This document shows, piece after piece, positions 1 through 13,751 of a DNA stretch of 64,000 nucleotides. The notes below the pieces were generated by a model. The model worked only from the letters and a program-made list of their open reading frames with translations, was not told where the DNA came from and made no database searches. Made by a program: the position numbers and the translations under genes. The stretch comes from Octopus vulgaris. Taxonomy: Eukaryota. Where the stretch lies: contig OX597825.1 in the NCBI GenBank assembly GCA_951406725.2, positions 49,662,001-49,726,000 on the forward strand. The letters are read 5' to 3'. How positions within the stretch are numbered: position 1 is the first letter of the stretch; each line of letters starts with the position of its first letter.

Positions 1-59
1 ACTACAATCCTTTTTGCAAAGGATGGTAAAAGACATGGAGGACGAATCTGCAACTTCCA

Positions 60-1010
60 GAATTCGGTTCAAATTGTAAAATAGTCTCAGAGCATTAGCG
101 GCAACTGTTGTGTTCACTGTACCCAATCAAAATATCCTAATAGCGGCAGAGGAACCACTCAAAAGCATCGATCGGTAGGTAACATGACGACACCTTGAAA
201 GATACTAAAAGGGGAATCAAAACCAAACAAATGGTGCGAAAATGTTTTCACGTCATAGACCTGTGAGGCCTCTCTGGCAAATACAATGTTTGGTGTTTAC
301 GGTTCGTGTTATCCCAAATCTTCTCCGGTGTCTGGTGATTTTCTATATCAGCACTATCACAGTGGATGATATGGAGGCCGAAATCAATAAGTGCATAAGG
401 AAGTGGCTTGATGTCCTACCAAGTTTTATAGATGTTACACTCAACTTTCGTCAAGCCAAGTTGAAGTTCATCGTTGAGTATGGACTTAAAAAGGTAGAGA
501 ATAAAAGCTCTGAACCATGTTTGTAGATTTGAAAGACAAGGTCATGAAGTCAGTCCGGCCCAAGCAGAAGCAAGGCAGGAAATAGAAATCCAGTGGCAGT
601 GGATGCAGCATAGGAAAACCTTCAGATGCGAAATATAACGGGACATAGCTGGCAAGGACTACGCGTAACAAAACTGGAATGATGGTTAGAGTCGGGGCTA
701 CAGATGAGGAGAGATCTGATTCTACGGCAGGGCGCTGTAGGAATCTCAAAGACAGCACAGAAGAGCGAGCGTACGACATGGAAAGTTGCATTCCAGAAGA
801 GGTTCAGCTAAAATGAATTGTGACATATGACATCTCGTAGATTAAGTTTTATTCTGAGATCTGTTTATGATCTCCTGCCTTCAAATATGTAACTGCAGAA
901 ATGAGTCAAATCAGATGATCCTGAGTGCACACTCTGCCAGGATAGCCAGACAATTGAACATGTTCTGAGCTCCTGAAGCGTATATCCCAGTACATAGGAC
1001 ACAATTATCG
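60..1010 (+). mobile_element. Degenerate non-LTR retrotransposon fragment (HERO/NeSL-like; post-RT region and CCHC zinc knuckle)
   Basis: Broken frames read EAEINKCIRKWL..., RLSFILRSVYDLLPS...DDPECTLCQDSQTIEHVLSS and a YxxxHN-like motif, matching the C-terminal part of restriction-like-endonuclease LINEs. Many stops and frameshifts. Confidence 0.6.
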
Positions 1011-1938
1011 TTTATAATATTCTTTTCAAGAACGATTTGGAACAGTCATGGGATATGTTACCTCTTTCCTTTCTTTTGGTAAATTTTAAAATAAGAAATG
1101 CACAATTGAGATAAAATAGTTGTGTTGTAATCTGGATATATACTGTTCGACTGCATCGTACTTAAAAGGTTTGGTCAAAAGTGAGATCATATTTTCTACA
1201 TTATTCAAATGATGTAATGGTAACGATGGTCCGTGAAAGATTATATCTAGCGGTTGTTTTACTTAAAACATGCGTCATGGATCTAACTGGACACATCGCG
1301 CAAAGCTTACTTTCTCCTATTCTCATCAATGTAAAGAGCTTTTCGATAAACTACTAACATGAACTTATTTTTTAGAAAACCCGAAAACTTATCTACCAAG
1401 TATGTTATCGACACTACTAAAAATTAGAATGAAATATTATGTACAACTGAAATATTTATTAACGATCCAAGGCAACTGACCATCGAAGTCATGTCTGCAC
1501 CGCCTCAGCCACAATTTATATATCTGCTCGTAGATATCAGATTTTATTTACCATTAATCATGTTACCGATACACATTATATGGCACGCAGTATCAAACAC
1601 TCATGTGTAAAAAAGGTAACATGTAAAAAAGATAACTTTGCTTTATCCTAAAATAAATATCGTTCCTTCAATATGAAAAATAAGTTAGAGCACGTAACTA
1701 GTTAAGTTAAGTTACTGTTCATAAAACTCACATACTGATCAAGATATTTAACGTTGTAACACACACTCAAGCAAAATGACTGAGAATAACCATACCAGAA
1801 GGTTAACACTGCAGCTGTTGCCAGCTGGTATAGGGGATGTATTATAAGCCTAGTAACTTGGAAATCAAGATAAATTGTAGGCCTAAATTTAAATCAATAA
1901 ATCGGTCTCTCTGTCTATCTCACACACACACACACACA

Positions 1939-1969
<31 letters not shown>

Positions 1970-2059
1970 CACATGTATATATAATGCGGAAGGATGACAC
2001 ACAGAGAGATAGAGAGCGAGTGAGAGAGAGAGAAAAATGTCCTTCCCTTGCTATAGGTT

Positions 2060-2232
2060 CATAAGATCGGGGACGGGATGCTTGTCTATCACAGGATTAA
2101 TCAGTTTTGCCAGCTGAGTAAACTGGAGCAACATGAAATGAAGTGTTTTGCTCTAGAACTCAACACATCGCTCAGTCCAGGATTCGAAGCAAAAATTTAC
2201 AATCATGATTGCAACACACTAAGCCACGCACC
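2060..2232 (-). mobile_element. Degenerate tRNA-derived SINE
   Basis: Minus strand reads GTGGCTTAGTGTG (A-box-like) ... TTCGAATCC (B-box) ... GAGCAAAACACTTCATTTCATGTTGCTCCAGTTTACTCAGCTG (SINE central-domain-like). Confidence 0.6.
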
Positions 2233-4947
2233 AACACAGAGAAAGAGAGAGAGAGAGAGAGAGACTGACAGACAGGCAGACAGATAGACAGATATACGCA
2301 CACACACATATAGTGTGTGTATATATATATATACATTTTCGTCTGTGTGTGTGTGTGTGTGTTTGTAAGTGTGTGTGTGTGTGTGTGTGTGTAGCGTGTG
2401 GCGTGATCCAATAGATGCCGCATCGCACAAACACTCTTTAACACAGCAGTGTCAATAAAGATAATATTTAATGTGCTTGTTTTAATTTTTTTTTCAAATT
2501 AAACAAGTGCAATAGTTTTGTTAAGTTACAGAAAGAAACCTCGAAAATATTTCCGGTAAGTCTATTCGACATGAAAAGTGATTCTTAATATAGAAATTTC
2601 CATTAAACCTGCAACCTAAAGAGAGTTTAATTTCTTTGCAGTGGATTTGAAATCTTGACAACTAATTGTAAGTGGTTAAGTGTTCACTCTTCCTCAAAAT
2701 GTTGTCTCTCCTTCCAAAATCTTATATAGCGTTAAAATCTGCTGAAATGAAACGTAATCCCAATATCTGGCAAAGCATTATTCTATACGCTAGCAGTAAT
2801 TTAACAATACATATATGTATTTGAGTAGTTTTGTCCATTCTTTTAACTTGTTTTTTTTTTTTAAATTTAATTTCATATTTAAAGGTTTGAGATGTAAGAT
2901 TTTATGTATACTAGTTGTAAATATTTAATATATCTTTGTAAATTACTGTTATTTAATCAAATGTTTTCGCAGCGAATCAGAATCAAGTGATAATAACATA
3001 TTTACGTTTAATTAGCCGTTTTGAATCTTAGAAACCGCATAAATTGTCAGATTCAGTAATCAACTGGTTTCTATTTTATACCGGATTGAGCAAGGAACTC
3101 AAAAGAACTCTCTTAGTGAGAACGTGAGATCCATAATTGAGAATCATTTTTATCCAGCATTTAGCGGATACTGACTATCCTCTCTATTAATACGTCTAAT
3201 ATGATGCTTATAAACTTTCATTTGTTAGAATGAAAATTTTAGAATAAAATTATATTAGACCCAATTAAAGTCTTGTACAGCATTTATTTGAACAGGACGC
3301 GTAAAGAAACTAAATTCTGAAAAATATTTATCCTGGTTCTCTGCAAATCTTCCGATATTTAATCCAAGTGTACCACATCCTCGATGCTATTTTACACTCA
3401 GATACAATTATTTTCAATAAAATTATATATCGTATATAAGTGAAAAACATCTTTACAGAAAAAAAACAGTCATTGTACATCATCACTTTAAATTGATTTT
3501 CTAGAACTTTTAATTCCGCTCTGCTCTGACTCTCATGCGATATTTTGGAGTTAAAATTTGGAGTTAAAATTTCTCTGGGTTCAATTTTGGCATTCCTTCC
3601 ACTAGAATGCCAAAAGTAGTTGACAGGATTGTGTATTTACTACGGTTAAGTTGATCTTTGGCCAATTAACGAATCAATATTAGAAACGTTGCAACTATTT
3701 TGTCGCAATGAATAACTATGTCCTGTTATGAAGCGATAAATTATTCATTTGATAAAAGCACGACAAATTATTAATTTATATAGAGATGATCGTTATCGTT
3801 TTATGTAAACATTTTCTTATTCAAATCGTATTATCTTACAAGCTTGTCTTCTCTTAAATGTTTTTCTATCACGTGAAGTGATTGAAGACTGACAGTGAGA
3901 TGCTGTCTCAGAAAAGAATCTGTGCCGAATTACAAAGCGTCAGGCACTGAACGAAGTCATAACAATAACTATGAATGCATACACCAGTGGGTCAAAATTC
4001 ATAGTTGTACTCAGTAAGATTTAAGTTAGAATACAGAGAGATGAAAATGAATATTGTTAGGCATAAGTCCGGCTATTTACAGTTTCTATCACTTCAGCGT
4101 CTTCGACATTGTTTTAATATTTTAAGTTAATACCCATTTTAATATGAAGAACGATATTGACGTTCAAACAGAGATACGACAGAACTTTTTATATAGGTCG
4201 TAAGAATATTTAATTCATGTCAACATAATAAATGTAGTACTTTATTGAGTCCCAACAAACCGATTGCAATATTAATGATTTTGACCGTGAGCCAGGAAAA
4301 TTAATATATTATATACACTTAAGCACACCTTTCATCTGATGCTTTAAAAAGTATTTCTGCAACTCACTAAGACAAACATACATGTAGTAATTCAATATAA
4401 TTATTAGAAAATATTTGTTCCGTCAATATACTATACATAAGATATCCCTTTATTACTATACATCACATTAAAATAACAAACTTTTAACTAATATATCTAT
4501 TTTAATTTTTTTAATATGGCGCCTATCACACATTAATTGCTAGCGTCGCAAACAAGAACCGAAACAATATATTTTTATACGTTGCAAATTGCTTTGATCT
4601 TTATACCCTTGTCATGTGAGCAGCAGTGCATTTAGTGCGATAAGAACAGTGACGTAACTGAATAGATAAAACAAGCGTTCAATTATGTTTTGAATAATGA
4701 TTCATATGATGCATTCGATAAACCACTTTACTTGATATTTATTTAATCGATTCTGGTAACAATGTGGTTAAAATAGTGCAAATATTTTACACTGTTTTTA
4801 CACAGAAAATATAATGGAGAGTGTGGTTAATTTATGGAAATATGACAAATAAGAAACAATGTATCCTGGAAGTTTTTTGTCAGTCACAAACCACTGATTA
4901 AGTACACTTGCGGTGTCACCTGGTTTCAGTTGAGCCAGCTCTGAGAA

Positions 4948-5591
4948 GACAGAGTGACCTGCCCTGTATATATGTTACCATCAGTACAATCACCACACCT
5001 AGAGATGGTGACCAATACAGGACCAGTGACACAGAGGAGGTATCCGGCGTTCTTAGTACCACCACCACAGATGATGACCAAGCAATTATCATCGACACCG
5101 ATGGGATGACCGGCACCGCAACATATGCTACCAACGGCCGCACCCGCACTAACGCCAGCAGTAGCATCGCCAACTATATAACCAATAGTGATAACCACGG
5201 TGATAACACCACCGGATCATGGCACCATATCAACTGCGCCAGGAACGGTGTTACCAATAGCATCTCCAGATTTGGTGCCTTTCAGAGATATTCCAGGAGT
5301 GCGAATATAACCACATCCCAAGTGTGTAAATATATCGGATCAGCCAGTAAATCACTCAAACGTCGCTTCCATAAACCACGAGCCATCTTTCAGGGTCCCA
5401 GAAAGACCTTTTGTCACGACTTTAGCCCGTCATGTGTAGCACCTTAAAGATCAAGGGACCCCATGTGATATCAGGTGGAAAAAATAGATCATCCATGCCC
5501 ATATATAAATGGGAGGGGCCGTTGCAACATTTGCTTCGCGGAGAGGACCAAATTACTCATGGACTATACAAAATCTTGCGCGTGAAATAGT
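4948..5591 (+). mobile_element. PLE GIY-YIG fragment, near-identical duplicate of ~22264-22906
   Basis: Directly alignable to the 22.3-22.9 kb copy. Encodes a Thr-rich stretch, then KYIGSASKSLKRRF...WKKI...GRCNICF. Confidence 0.8.
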
Positions 5592-6502
5592 CCCTTACGA
5601 ATATTGACCATATCTGACGGTCAGCAGTGTCGGATAGCGCTGACGCAATAATTGGATTCGTTATTCGCAGTTGAGGTGTAGAGTTCATGTTCAGAGTTTC
5701 AGTGGAAAGCCAAGTGCACGTGGTCCCCGGCCACCTCCATACAAAATGTAGGATAGCGTGATCTGTAACAGCTCATTTTCCCGTTGATTGTGGACCGTCA
5801 CAGAGGATTTGCTGACCAAACCACCGCTGATTATCACAGCTTGGGGTTGAAGTACGTTCTAGAGACATGCTATAAGAAAAGATAAGGGGTGCCCCATTTT
5901 AACTGATCTTCCAGTACGCGGACACCAACTTGGAATTTATGAGACTCCGTGTTATTGCTGGATAGTCATTGAATCTACATCCTTTTGGCAGGTTGTGCTT
6001 TTAGTTCTGCTGGGTTTCTAGTAATCCCTATCACCAAGGAAATCTAGTGACGGTATCGACCCGACTATGCAACAATTTGTACAGAAATCCATGTTACTAG
6101 TACTATTCACAAGAGACCTCACACGTGAAGTGATAAATAAATTAAATGCTTCAATTACGGCATCGTATCACTTATTTTTGGCGTTTACGTCTGTGATTTA
6201 ACTGGATAACAATTACTCAAACGTAACCCAGATTACCATTCTATTTCATGTTTTATCATTTTCTAAGTGCTAATTTCCACACTGTATTGACCTATTAGGA
6301 ACACATATAAATGCAAGCGCATTATAATATACAGTCAAAGTCACGCTTATAAACAAATACCTATAAGTCTATTTATTCATCCATTTATATATATGTGTGT
6401 GTGTGTGTGTGTGTACGTCTATGTGTGCATTTATATATTTACTCACGCACAGATACGCAAGTGCGAGCACACATGCACACACACACACACGTGTATATAT
6501 AT

Positions 6503-6596
<94 letters not shown>

Positions 6597-8024
6597 CCTT
6601 ACCAATTTCTGTTCCTACGTGACAGAAGGAAACGTCTGAAAATCCGGTAAAAAATTATATATTATTAAAGCGAAAGAGAGATTAAGATGTGTTGGTTTGT
6701 GACTTAATATCACAAATTGATTAAGAGACAGAAATGTAAATAGTTAAGATTTATGTATCTGTACTTTGTGTTGATATATTAAAAAGGGTTAATTGGCACT
6801 TGTACACCAATTGACAGTGGCCATAATATTTTGTAGGCAATGAGTTGCATGAAATGTTAGTTCCGAATTTCCTTTATTTTTCTCTATAATTGTGAGTATA
6901 CCTTCAGTTTTGCCAATGAAAAGACGTTATGAAATAATAGAATAATGCAGACGATTCAATCAACCGAAATACTATTTCCCTTTCTCCCTCTAAGACACTT
7001 CTACTGAAACCAAGGAAAAATATGATTAATTATGACGAGAATCTCCGTAATGTTAATAGAGATGCAGGTGTGAATACGCGGGGAGGTTCCAACAGTCAGC
7101 CACTCAGCAGAAACAGGTGGAATATGTATGTAATATATATGTTTACCACACCACCCTTATGTAGGAAACGAGATAAACTTTATACTAACATAGTTGTATA
7201 TGCGGTAATGTGTCAGTGTATAATTGATAAGCATCTACTAAAGTGGATCTGCTAAACTCGTAATTTACGATGGCATTGTTCATATAATGTCATCAACTTT
7301 CATGACATTTGGTATTATATAAGATATTGAAGTGGTAGTATCGACATTTTACTACGTTTGCAATTGTGTGCTGATGATTCTATAGAAGCGGCTTATAAAT
7401 ATGGTTTCATATTAAAACTCTGCAATGCATTAAGATATTGGAGTAATCACTGATATAACGTGTATACATTGGGAATATCAAGACCAAACTGAACAATCAT
7501 TACACACTGTTGTATGGAAATTTATTGACCAAATTACTATGACTAGGTGGTCAAATGCATTGTAACACGCTCTTGTCAACGAATGGCTTATTAATTATAC
7601 GCCTATGAAAACATGTTCATTTAAGTTAAGCCATGGATAAACATAATCACTTAGGTTAAGGCAGAGCAGATGACATACGCATTGCTTGCATATACATAGA
7701 CAGACAAGATTATGTCTACTACCTGAATGTTTGTAAGTTTTGTCCGGTGTAAGTTTCCCTGGGTACAAAAATGCGAACCATAGACATGTGACATCAAAAT
7801 GGTACATCTAAGTTCAGTACTAGATAATTCGGAAAGTCCAGCGGAATGTATACTGCGAGACATACACGTGTGTAAAATGAAGATATTTTGAATTTTTTAT
7901 ATCAGTTTTTGGCTGATTGGACATTTATTATCTCTCGGTGATCATGGAATACTGGTAATTGCTGTTTTGGATTTTGATTATTTAATATTTAAATTTTAAT
8001 ATATTAAAATGTATCACTTGCAAA

Positions 8025-8550
8025 GCTGCGGTCATGCTGGAGCACCACCGTTGACTGAGCTACATCATTATTTGGAACTTCCTCTGATATGTGGCATTCG
8101 GTCAATGAGAGAGTTTGATGCTGCTGCCCTTATTTGTGTTTCCTGCCGTGAGGTAGGCTCCTGTGGAACCCGCAACAGGAAGAGATCCAGTTTTGTATTA
8201 AAAACACTTACATCCACACCATGCAGGTCTATGAGGCATTTTGGGAGGATATTAATGAGCTGTGGGCCCTTGAACCCAAGCTGTTGTAGTATCTGGTCCT
8301 GTATTTTGAAGGCGATGCTGGATTCTTTGGCACTATGCAGTGGCGCCTCGTTCTGCAGTTTGAGTAGCTTTCAATACCAAAGTTTGGTAAAAGTCCTAGG
8401 ATTCTCCAGATGTATATCACTGCATATCTCTCCCGCCTTCGTTCCAGGGAGAAGAGTTTTAATTCTTTAAGTCTTTCTCAGTAGCTGACATGCTGCATCG
8501 AGACGATTTTCTTAGTATTGCTTCGTTTGATTGCTTCGAGTTCCACCGTG
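8025..8550 (-). mobile_element. CR1/L2-group LINE 3' fragment
   Basis: Encodes RYAVIYIWRIL...PNFGIESY; homologous to 62745-63850; ends in the GGTGGTGCTCCAGCATG tail. Confidence 0.8.
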
Positions 8551-10351
8551 GTAATCATTTTTTCTGAAGTAAAGTAATTTTCCGTATCATTATGGTAAAA
8601 GAGAAGTAATGATATTGTGCTGAAGTTCCATGGTGTCAATGCTCCTTGTCTTCATTCGATACGTAATGGCACATAACTATGATTCGGGAATATCCATTAA
8701 GCTAATTGTCTTTTTCTTTTAAAATATTTATTGGAGCAGTTTGCTTCGGATAATTCCAAGGGATAATTTGATATCGCTAGCAGAGAAGTAATGAATTTGT
8801 TGATTTTGGTTCAAACTCTAGACCAAGTTGTTTAACGACAGATATTTCAAACATATGTCCTAGGTGTGACATTTAATCCCATCCTGTGGTGAGGCTACAA
8901 TTCGGATGTTCTGGAGTAGTGAGGACCCGAAAGTCACCCCTTAATTACGATTACTTCCAGATCCGTTCTGACCTAGAATGTTACTACCTGTCAGGGTTCT
9001 CTCTATAGGTTAAATATGATTTTCTTAATGTATGTTGAGCAACTTCGGTGCAGTGAAAGCAATCAATCTAGCAAGAAAACTCCATAATTCTTGTAATATT
9101 CCCTCGGCCAGTACGGAACAGTATATCTGAAGAACCTAACATGAGGTGTGTCAAATAACATAGGTTCATAATACGGCGGTTAACACACATTCTGCTTCAG
9201 GCAGACATGACGGGAAAGGATTTGAAACATCGTGAGAGAATAAAACTAGGTACCGTTTCCAACTTCTTTTGTTTTAGTTCAAACTTCATTACACATAGTG
9301 CTATGGCTGATAAGACTAGTACTACGGAATTACATAACAATTGATTAAATTAAATCTAAAAAGGAATTTAAATAATTTCGATACAAGGATAAATAATTAT
9401 CAATTCTAAATGCAATTTTCCATTTTATAATTCGCAACAGGAGCGTCCACTTCAGACAACCGGGACTGTCAACTAACTTTTGAACTGAATAAGGTTTCAG
9501 TCCCACTGAATACAATTTAACTTATGTACAATAGGTGGTGGGACAAATGTCAATGAAGATCTGATTGCAGATACTGGTGGAGATGTTTAAGGAGCATTAT
9601 TAATTCTTTTTTGTAGGTTTCTGTAAAAGAACAACTATTAGGTTATATCTATTTTTTCTGTTAATTGCTATAATTAGCAGGAACAAATATTTGTGTTCAC
9701 AATGAAATTTATTTCGCATCATGTAAATCCCGAACAAAAACATGAATACAATTTCTCAGCCCGTTTGCTACCAGTATATCATTTTCTTTTTGATGTGGAT
9801 TGCTTCAAGGTGTTCCTTGTATCGACTTCTTGCACAATCTACATATCAAATATAGATAGCGCCGTGGAAAAGAAGTATTGATCTCATCGCCTTCTAAATT
9901 GCCATTCCGTCTAAATTTTAATAGCTACTGCTACGAATTGAATAGTGCAATAATATGTCAGTGGGAAATGGCACGTCTTACATTTAATAAGAAATAGGCA
10001 CGCAAGTGAAAGAATCAGCCAAAAGAGTGAACAGTGTATGTGTGTGTGAGGGAGTGTGTGTTTCTGTGACGGCTCCATATACAGGCGTAATTTTCTTTAT
10101 TTTTTTCTCTATTTATCTCTCTTTGTCTATCCATCCTTTCAGAAGAAGAGTGTATGTGCAAAAAGGAAAATGCATTTTTTTCTTTTTACCCATTCCATGA
10201 AAGTTCACCTAATACGTTGTTGTTATTTTTTTTTTACCTCATCTTCGTATTGTATTATTTACCATTGATTGCACCATAATGGCTAGACAATTTTCGTGTA
10301 TACAGGCATACCTGCACACATACACACATACATAAATACATAGTTATATAA

Positions 10352-10413
<62 letters not shown>

Positions 10414-10414
<1 letters not shown>

Positions 10415-11249
10415 TAGCAGAATTGCCCGGCGTTGCTCGGGGCTGAATTACTTGAAAGTACTGTTAATGATTGCACTGAATGATGATGATTATTCAGGCA
10501 AATATTGATATAAGTTTACGGTGGGAGATAAGGACTTAACGATCAAACGTGTGCCATTGCATTGTTTTGGGGAAACCAAATTTCTGATGAGCATTATAGT
10601 GGCACCAACTTTAAGTTTGAGAATGTGTGGTGGTAGTCCGGGGTGCTCAAAGGAATTGAGTACCTCTATTGGATAGTTGATGACGTCTTCTGGGTCAGGA
10701 GTTGTATCGATAGACTGATATACATAGACTTCCCCAGGAATGAGTTTTAGCATTTCATCATTAATATGGTGAACAGTTTTATTCCTCGGGGCCAGTATAG
10801 CCTTTTTGCCAATCCAATCCATATTCTGATAATTAGCTTGTAGATCTTGGAACACTGCATCAGAAGGCGTCTTAACAATGGTACAAATGGAATCGATGGC
10901 AATATTACCATTTTCATCCCCTGGTATTTTGCCTTCGCCAAGTGCAATGAGGGTGTGAGGAAATGCTGCTGATGTGATATTACGTCGCATATGAGCACGC
11001 ATATTGGTGTGAAGTTTGAGAGTTACTTCCCTTAATTTTAAAAAATGCATTAAAATGGGAAAAAATGATGGTAAATTATTTGTAAAATCGTAGACTCATC
11101 GTAGACGCGCGCTAATACCCAGAAGGGCTCGATATGAATCACGACTATAAGATACTCGGTTTTGGTTAAACTGCATCGCAAAATGTGGGAGTAGTTAGGA
11201 ATCTAAATCGGAGTAGACAGACACACAACCTTTCTTTTATATATAAAGA
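10414..11249 (-). mobile_element. Non-autonomous mini-Helitron (836 bp) retaining a Pif1 helicase fragment
   Basis: On the minus strand: 5' A|TCTTTATATATAAAA, 3' hairpin CCCGAGCAACGCCGGG followed by CTAG|T (A|T target, no TSD). Confidence 0.9.
10490..11050 (-). pseudogene. Pif1-family helicase fragment (Helitron RepHel, internal part)
   Basis: Motifs LHTNMR, AILAPRN, GLPPHILKLKVGATIMLIRNL, CNGTRL; truncated at both ends. Confidence 0.9.
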
Positions 11250-12069
11250 TTTTCGTCCTAAAACACTTTGTATTGAGTGAATGGTTACCTCTATGGAAAT
11301 ATATACACGCACATTATACATACATGTGTGTATAGATGAATATATAAATACATTTAAATATCTATATACACTTTTGGACGATCTTTCTGCTTCTTAGAGA
11401 TAACTTTAGATGTTATTTTCGTCCTAAAAAACTTTGTGCGGAGTGAATGGTTACCTCTATGGAAATATATACACACACATTATACATACATGTGTGCATA
11501 GATGAATATATAAATACATTTAAATATCTATATACACTTTTGGGCGATCTTGCTGTTTCTTAGAGATAACTTTAGATCTTATATTCGTCCTAAATAACTT
11601 TGTATGGAGTGAATGGTTACCTCTATGGAAATATATACACACACATTATACATACATGTATGTATAGATGAACATATAAATACATTTAAATATCTATATA
11701 CACTTTTGGGCGATCTTTCTGTTTCTTAGAGATAACTTTAGATCTTATATTCGTCCTAAATAACTTTGTATGGAGTGAATGGTTACCTCTATGGAAATAT
11801 ATACACACACATTATACATACATGTGTGTGTCTATATACACTTTTGGGCGACTGCTACTTAGAGATAACTTTAGATGTTATTTTCGTCCTAAAATACTTT
11901 GTGCGGAGTGAATGGTTACCTCTATGGAAATATATACACACAAGTTATACATACATGTGTGTATAGATGAATATATAAATACATTTAAATATCTATATAC
12001 ACTTTTGGGCGATCTTTCTGCTTCTTAGAGATAACTTTAGATGTTATATTCGTCCTAAATATCTTTGTA
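11250..12069. repeat. Tandem array of 166-bp units (about 5 copies, one 133 bp)
   Basis: The TTCGTCCTAAA anchor recurs at spacings of 166, 166, 166, 133 and 166 bp. Confidence 0.95.
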
Positions 12070-12296
12070 TGAATTGAAAAAGTAAATGAATTGAAATTCT
12101 AAAAGAAAGGAATTTGTTTACATACATGTGTAAAATGGCAAATGTTTGTGCAGTTGTCCGATGGAACTGATGTATTATAATGAATAGTCCTTCTTCTTGT
12201 GAATATTAATTTGATTAATATGAACTGAAAACCGGTGGTGTAGCATAGGTGATCTTCTAGCAAAAAGGATGACCAGTCTGAATGGGTCGTCCCTGT

Positions 12297-12327
<31 letters not shown>

Positions 12328-12933
12328 CCTCACACACACGCACACATACACACACACACACACGTTAGCTTACAATGTATGTAAACAATTGACACTGTCG
12401 TATATATTAGCGTGTCTATGTGTCTAAAGAGGAAGTGGAAGTAATAGGCAGAGTAAAGGCTTCAAAGTGAAATGTTAAAATATTGAGTTTTCTCGAATTT
12501 TGTCTTAATTGGGGGTGAAATTGAAAGAAATATATTATGGCATGAACCAATGGAATTTCTTGGAAAAATCATAGGTAAAGTCTAATTGAAGAAATTGTGT
12601 GAGGAGTAAATCATTATGTATTTATTTGTTTCTGTTTGCTGCTTTCTTTTTAAATATTACATTTAGTTTCACTTTATTCGTTGCACACTGTGTGTGTGCG
12701 TTTGCGTGTGCTGTAAACCAGACTAAGAAAAGCATTTGACATACACACCAGAATGTGAGTTTTCTGTAAATTTTGCTTAATTGGAGTTTAAATTTTAAAA
12801 ACTGGACCTGGCATGACCCGATGCATTCTACTCTTAAAAATGCTAGGTAAATTGTAATTGAAGAAATCCTATATTGTAGATTTCTATAACTTACAAAGGG
12901 AGGCAGATAAAATCTGCCTTTTATAATAAGAGA
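12070..12933 (-). mobile_element. Second Helitron-like 5' segment
   Basis: Minus strand begins A|TCTCTTATTATAAAA followed by a subterminal hairpin (AGGCAGAT/ATCTGCCT). No separate CTAG 3' end seen. Confidence 0.55.
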
Positions 12934-12959
12934 TATATAAAACCTTCCGAAGTCTTTTG

Positions 12960-13654
12960 AAGAAGCACTCTTATATATAATATTTTTAGATATATTTTTC
13001 CATGATAGAGACAGTTGTCATGCACAGTGGCCTACGCAAAATTGCGGCAAGTGTATGGAGAGGATTGTACGAGCCACACGCAAGCGTACATGTGGTTGAG
13101 ACGTTTCCAAGATCGTCGATAAATTTGATATTGACGAACGTTCTGAAAGACTCGCAACCAGCAGAACTGAGAAAAACATGGCATTTAAGCGTGCAGCTAT
13201 GAGGGGATATCGTTGAATCCCCATTTATGAGTTATCAGAGGCTGTGCAGATTAGTTACGGTTCAGGTCAGACCATTGTCACTGAGGATTTATGTATGAGA
13301 CGCGTGTCACTCAAGTTTGCGTCGAAACTGCTTTCAGTGGACCAAATAAATTAAATTGGGTTTCAGTTACATAAGATCTCCTTGATTGTGTGAAGAACGA
13401 TGAAAACTTTGTGTAGGCTCTGAGCGGGTGTCACCAAGGTTTTGGAAAAATTTGATGCAGATTCTCTGCAGATCACACGCTACACACCTTCATTTCAGGC
13501 AGTGTTGTAAACAGTGGAAGTGAGCAAGAACGTTAAAGCTCAGTGAGCATGCACACCAAAATTCAATGTCAATTTGTTCCAAGCCGCTTCCCTCTACGTC
13601 CCTTACCTTCATTACTATAGCAATAGTCCGGGTGCTTAATAATCAGACCACGCA
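12960..13654 (+). mobile_element. Degenerate mariner remnant
   Basis: Encodes SYGSGQTIVTEDLCMRRVSLKFASKLLSVDQ (mariner HTH/linker); right end AGTCCGGGTGCTTAATAATCAGACCACG is TIR-like. Confidence 0.65.
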
Positions 13655-13657
13655 TAT

Positions 13658-13750
<93 letters not shown>

Positions 13751-13751
<1 letters not shown>

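Noticed and set aside
11250-12069. Regular repeat array as CRISPR-like
   Set aside because: Whole 166-bp units repeat, there are no unique spacers or cas genes, and the context is eukaryotic.
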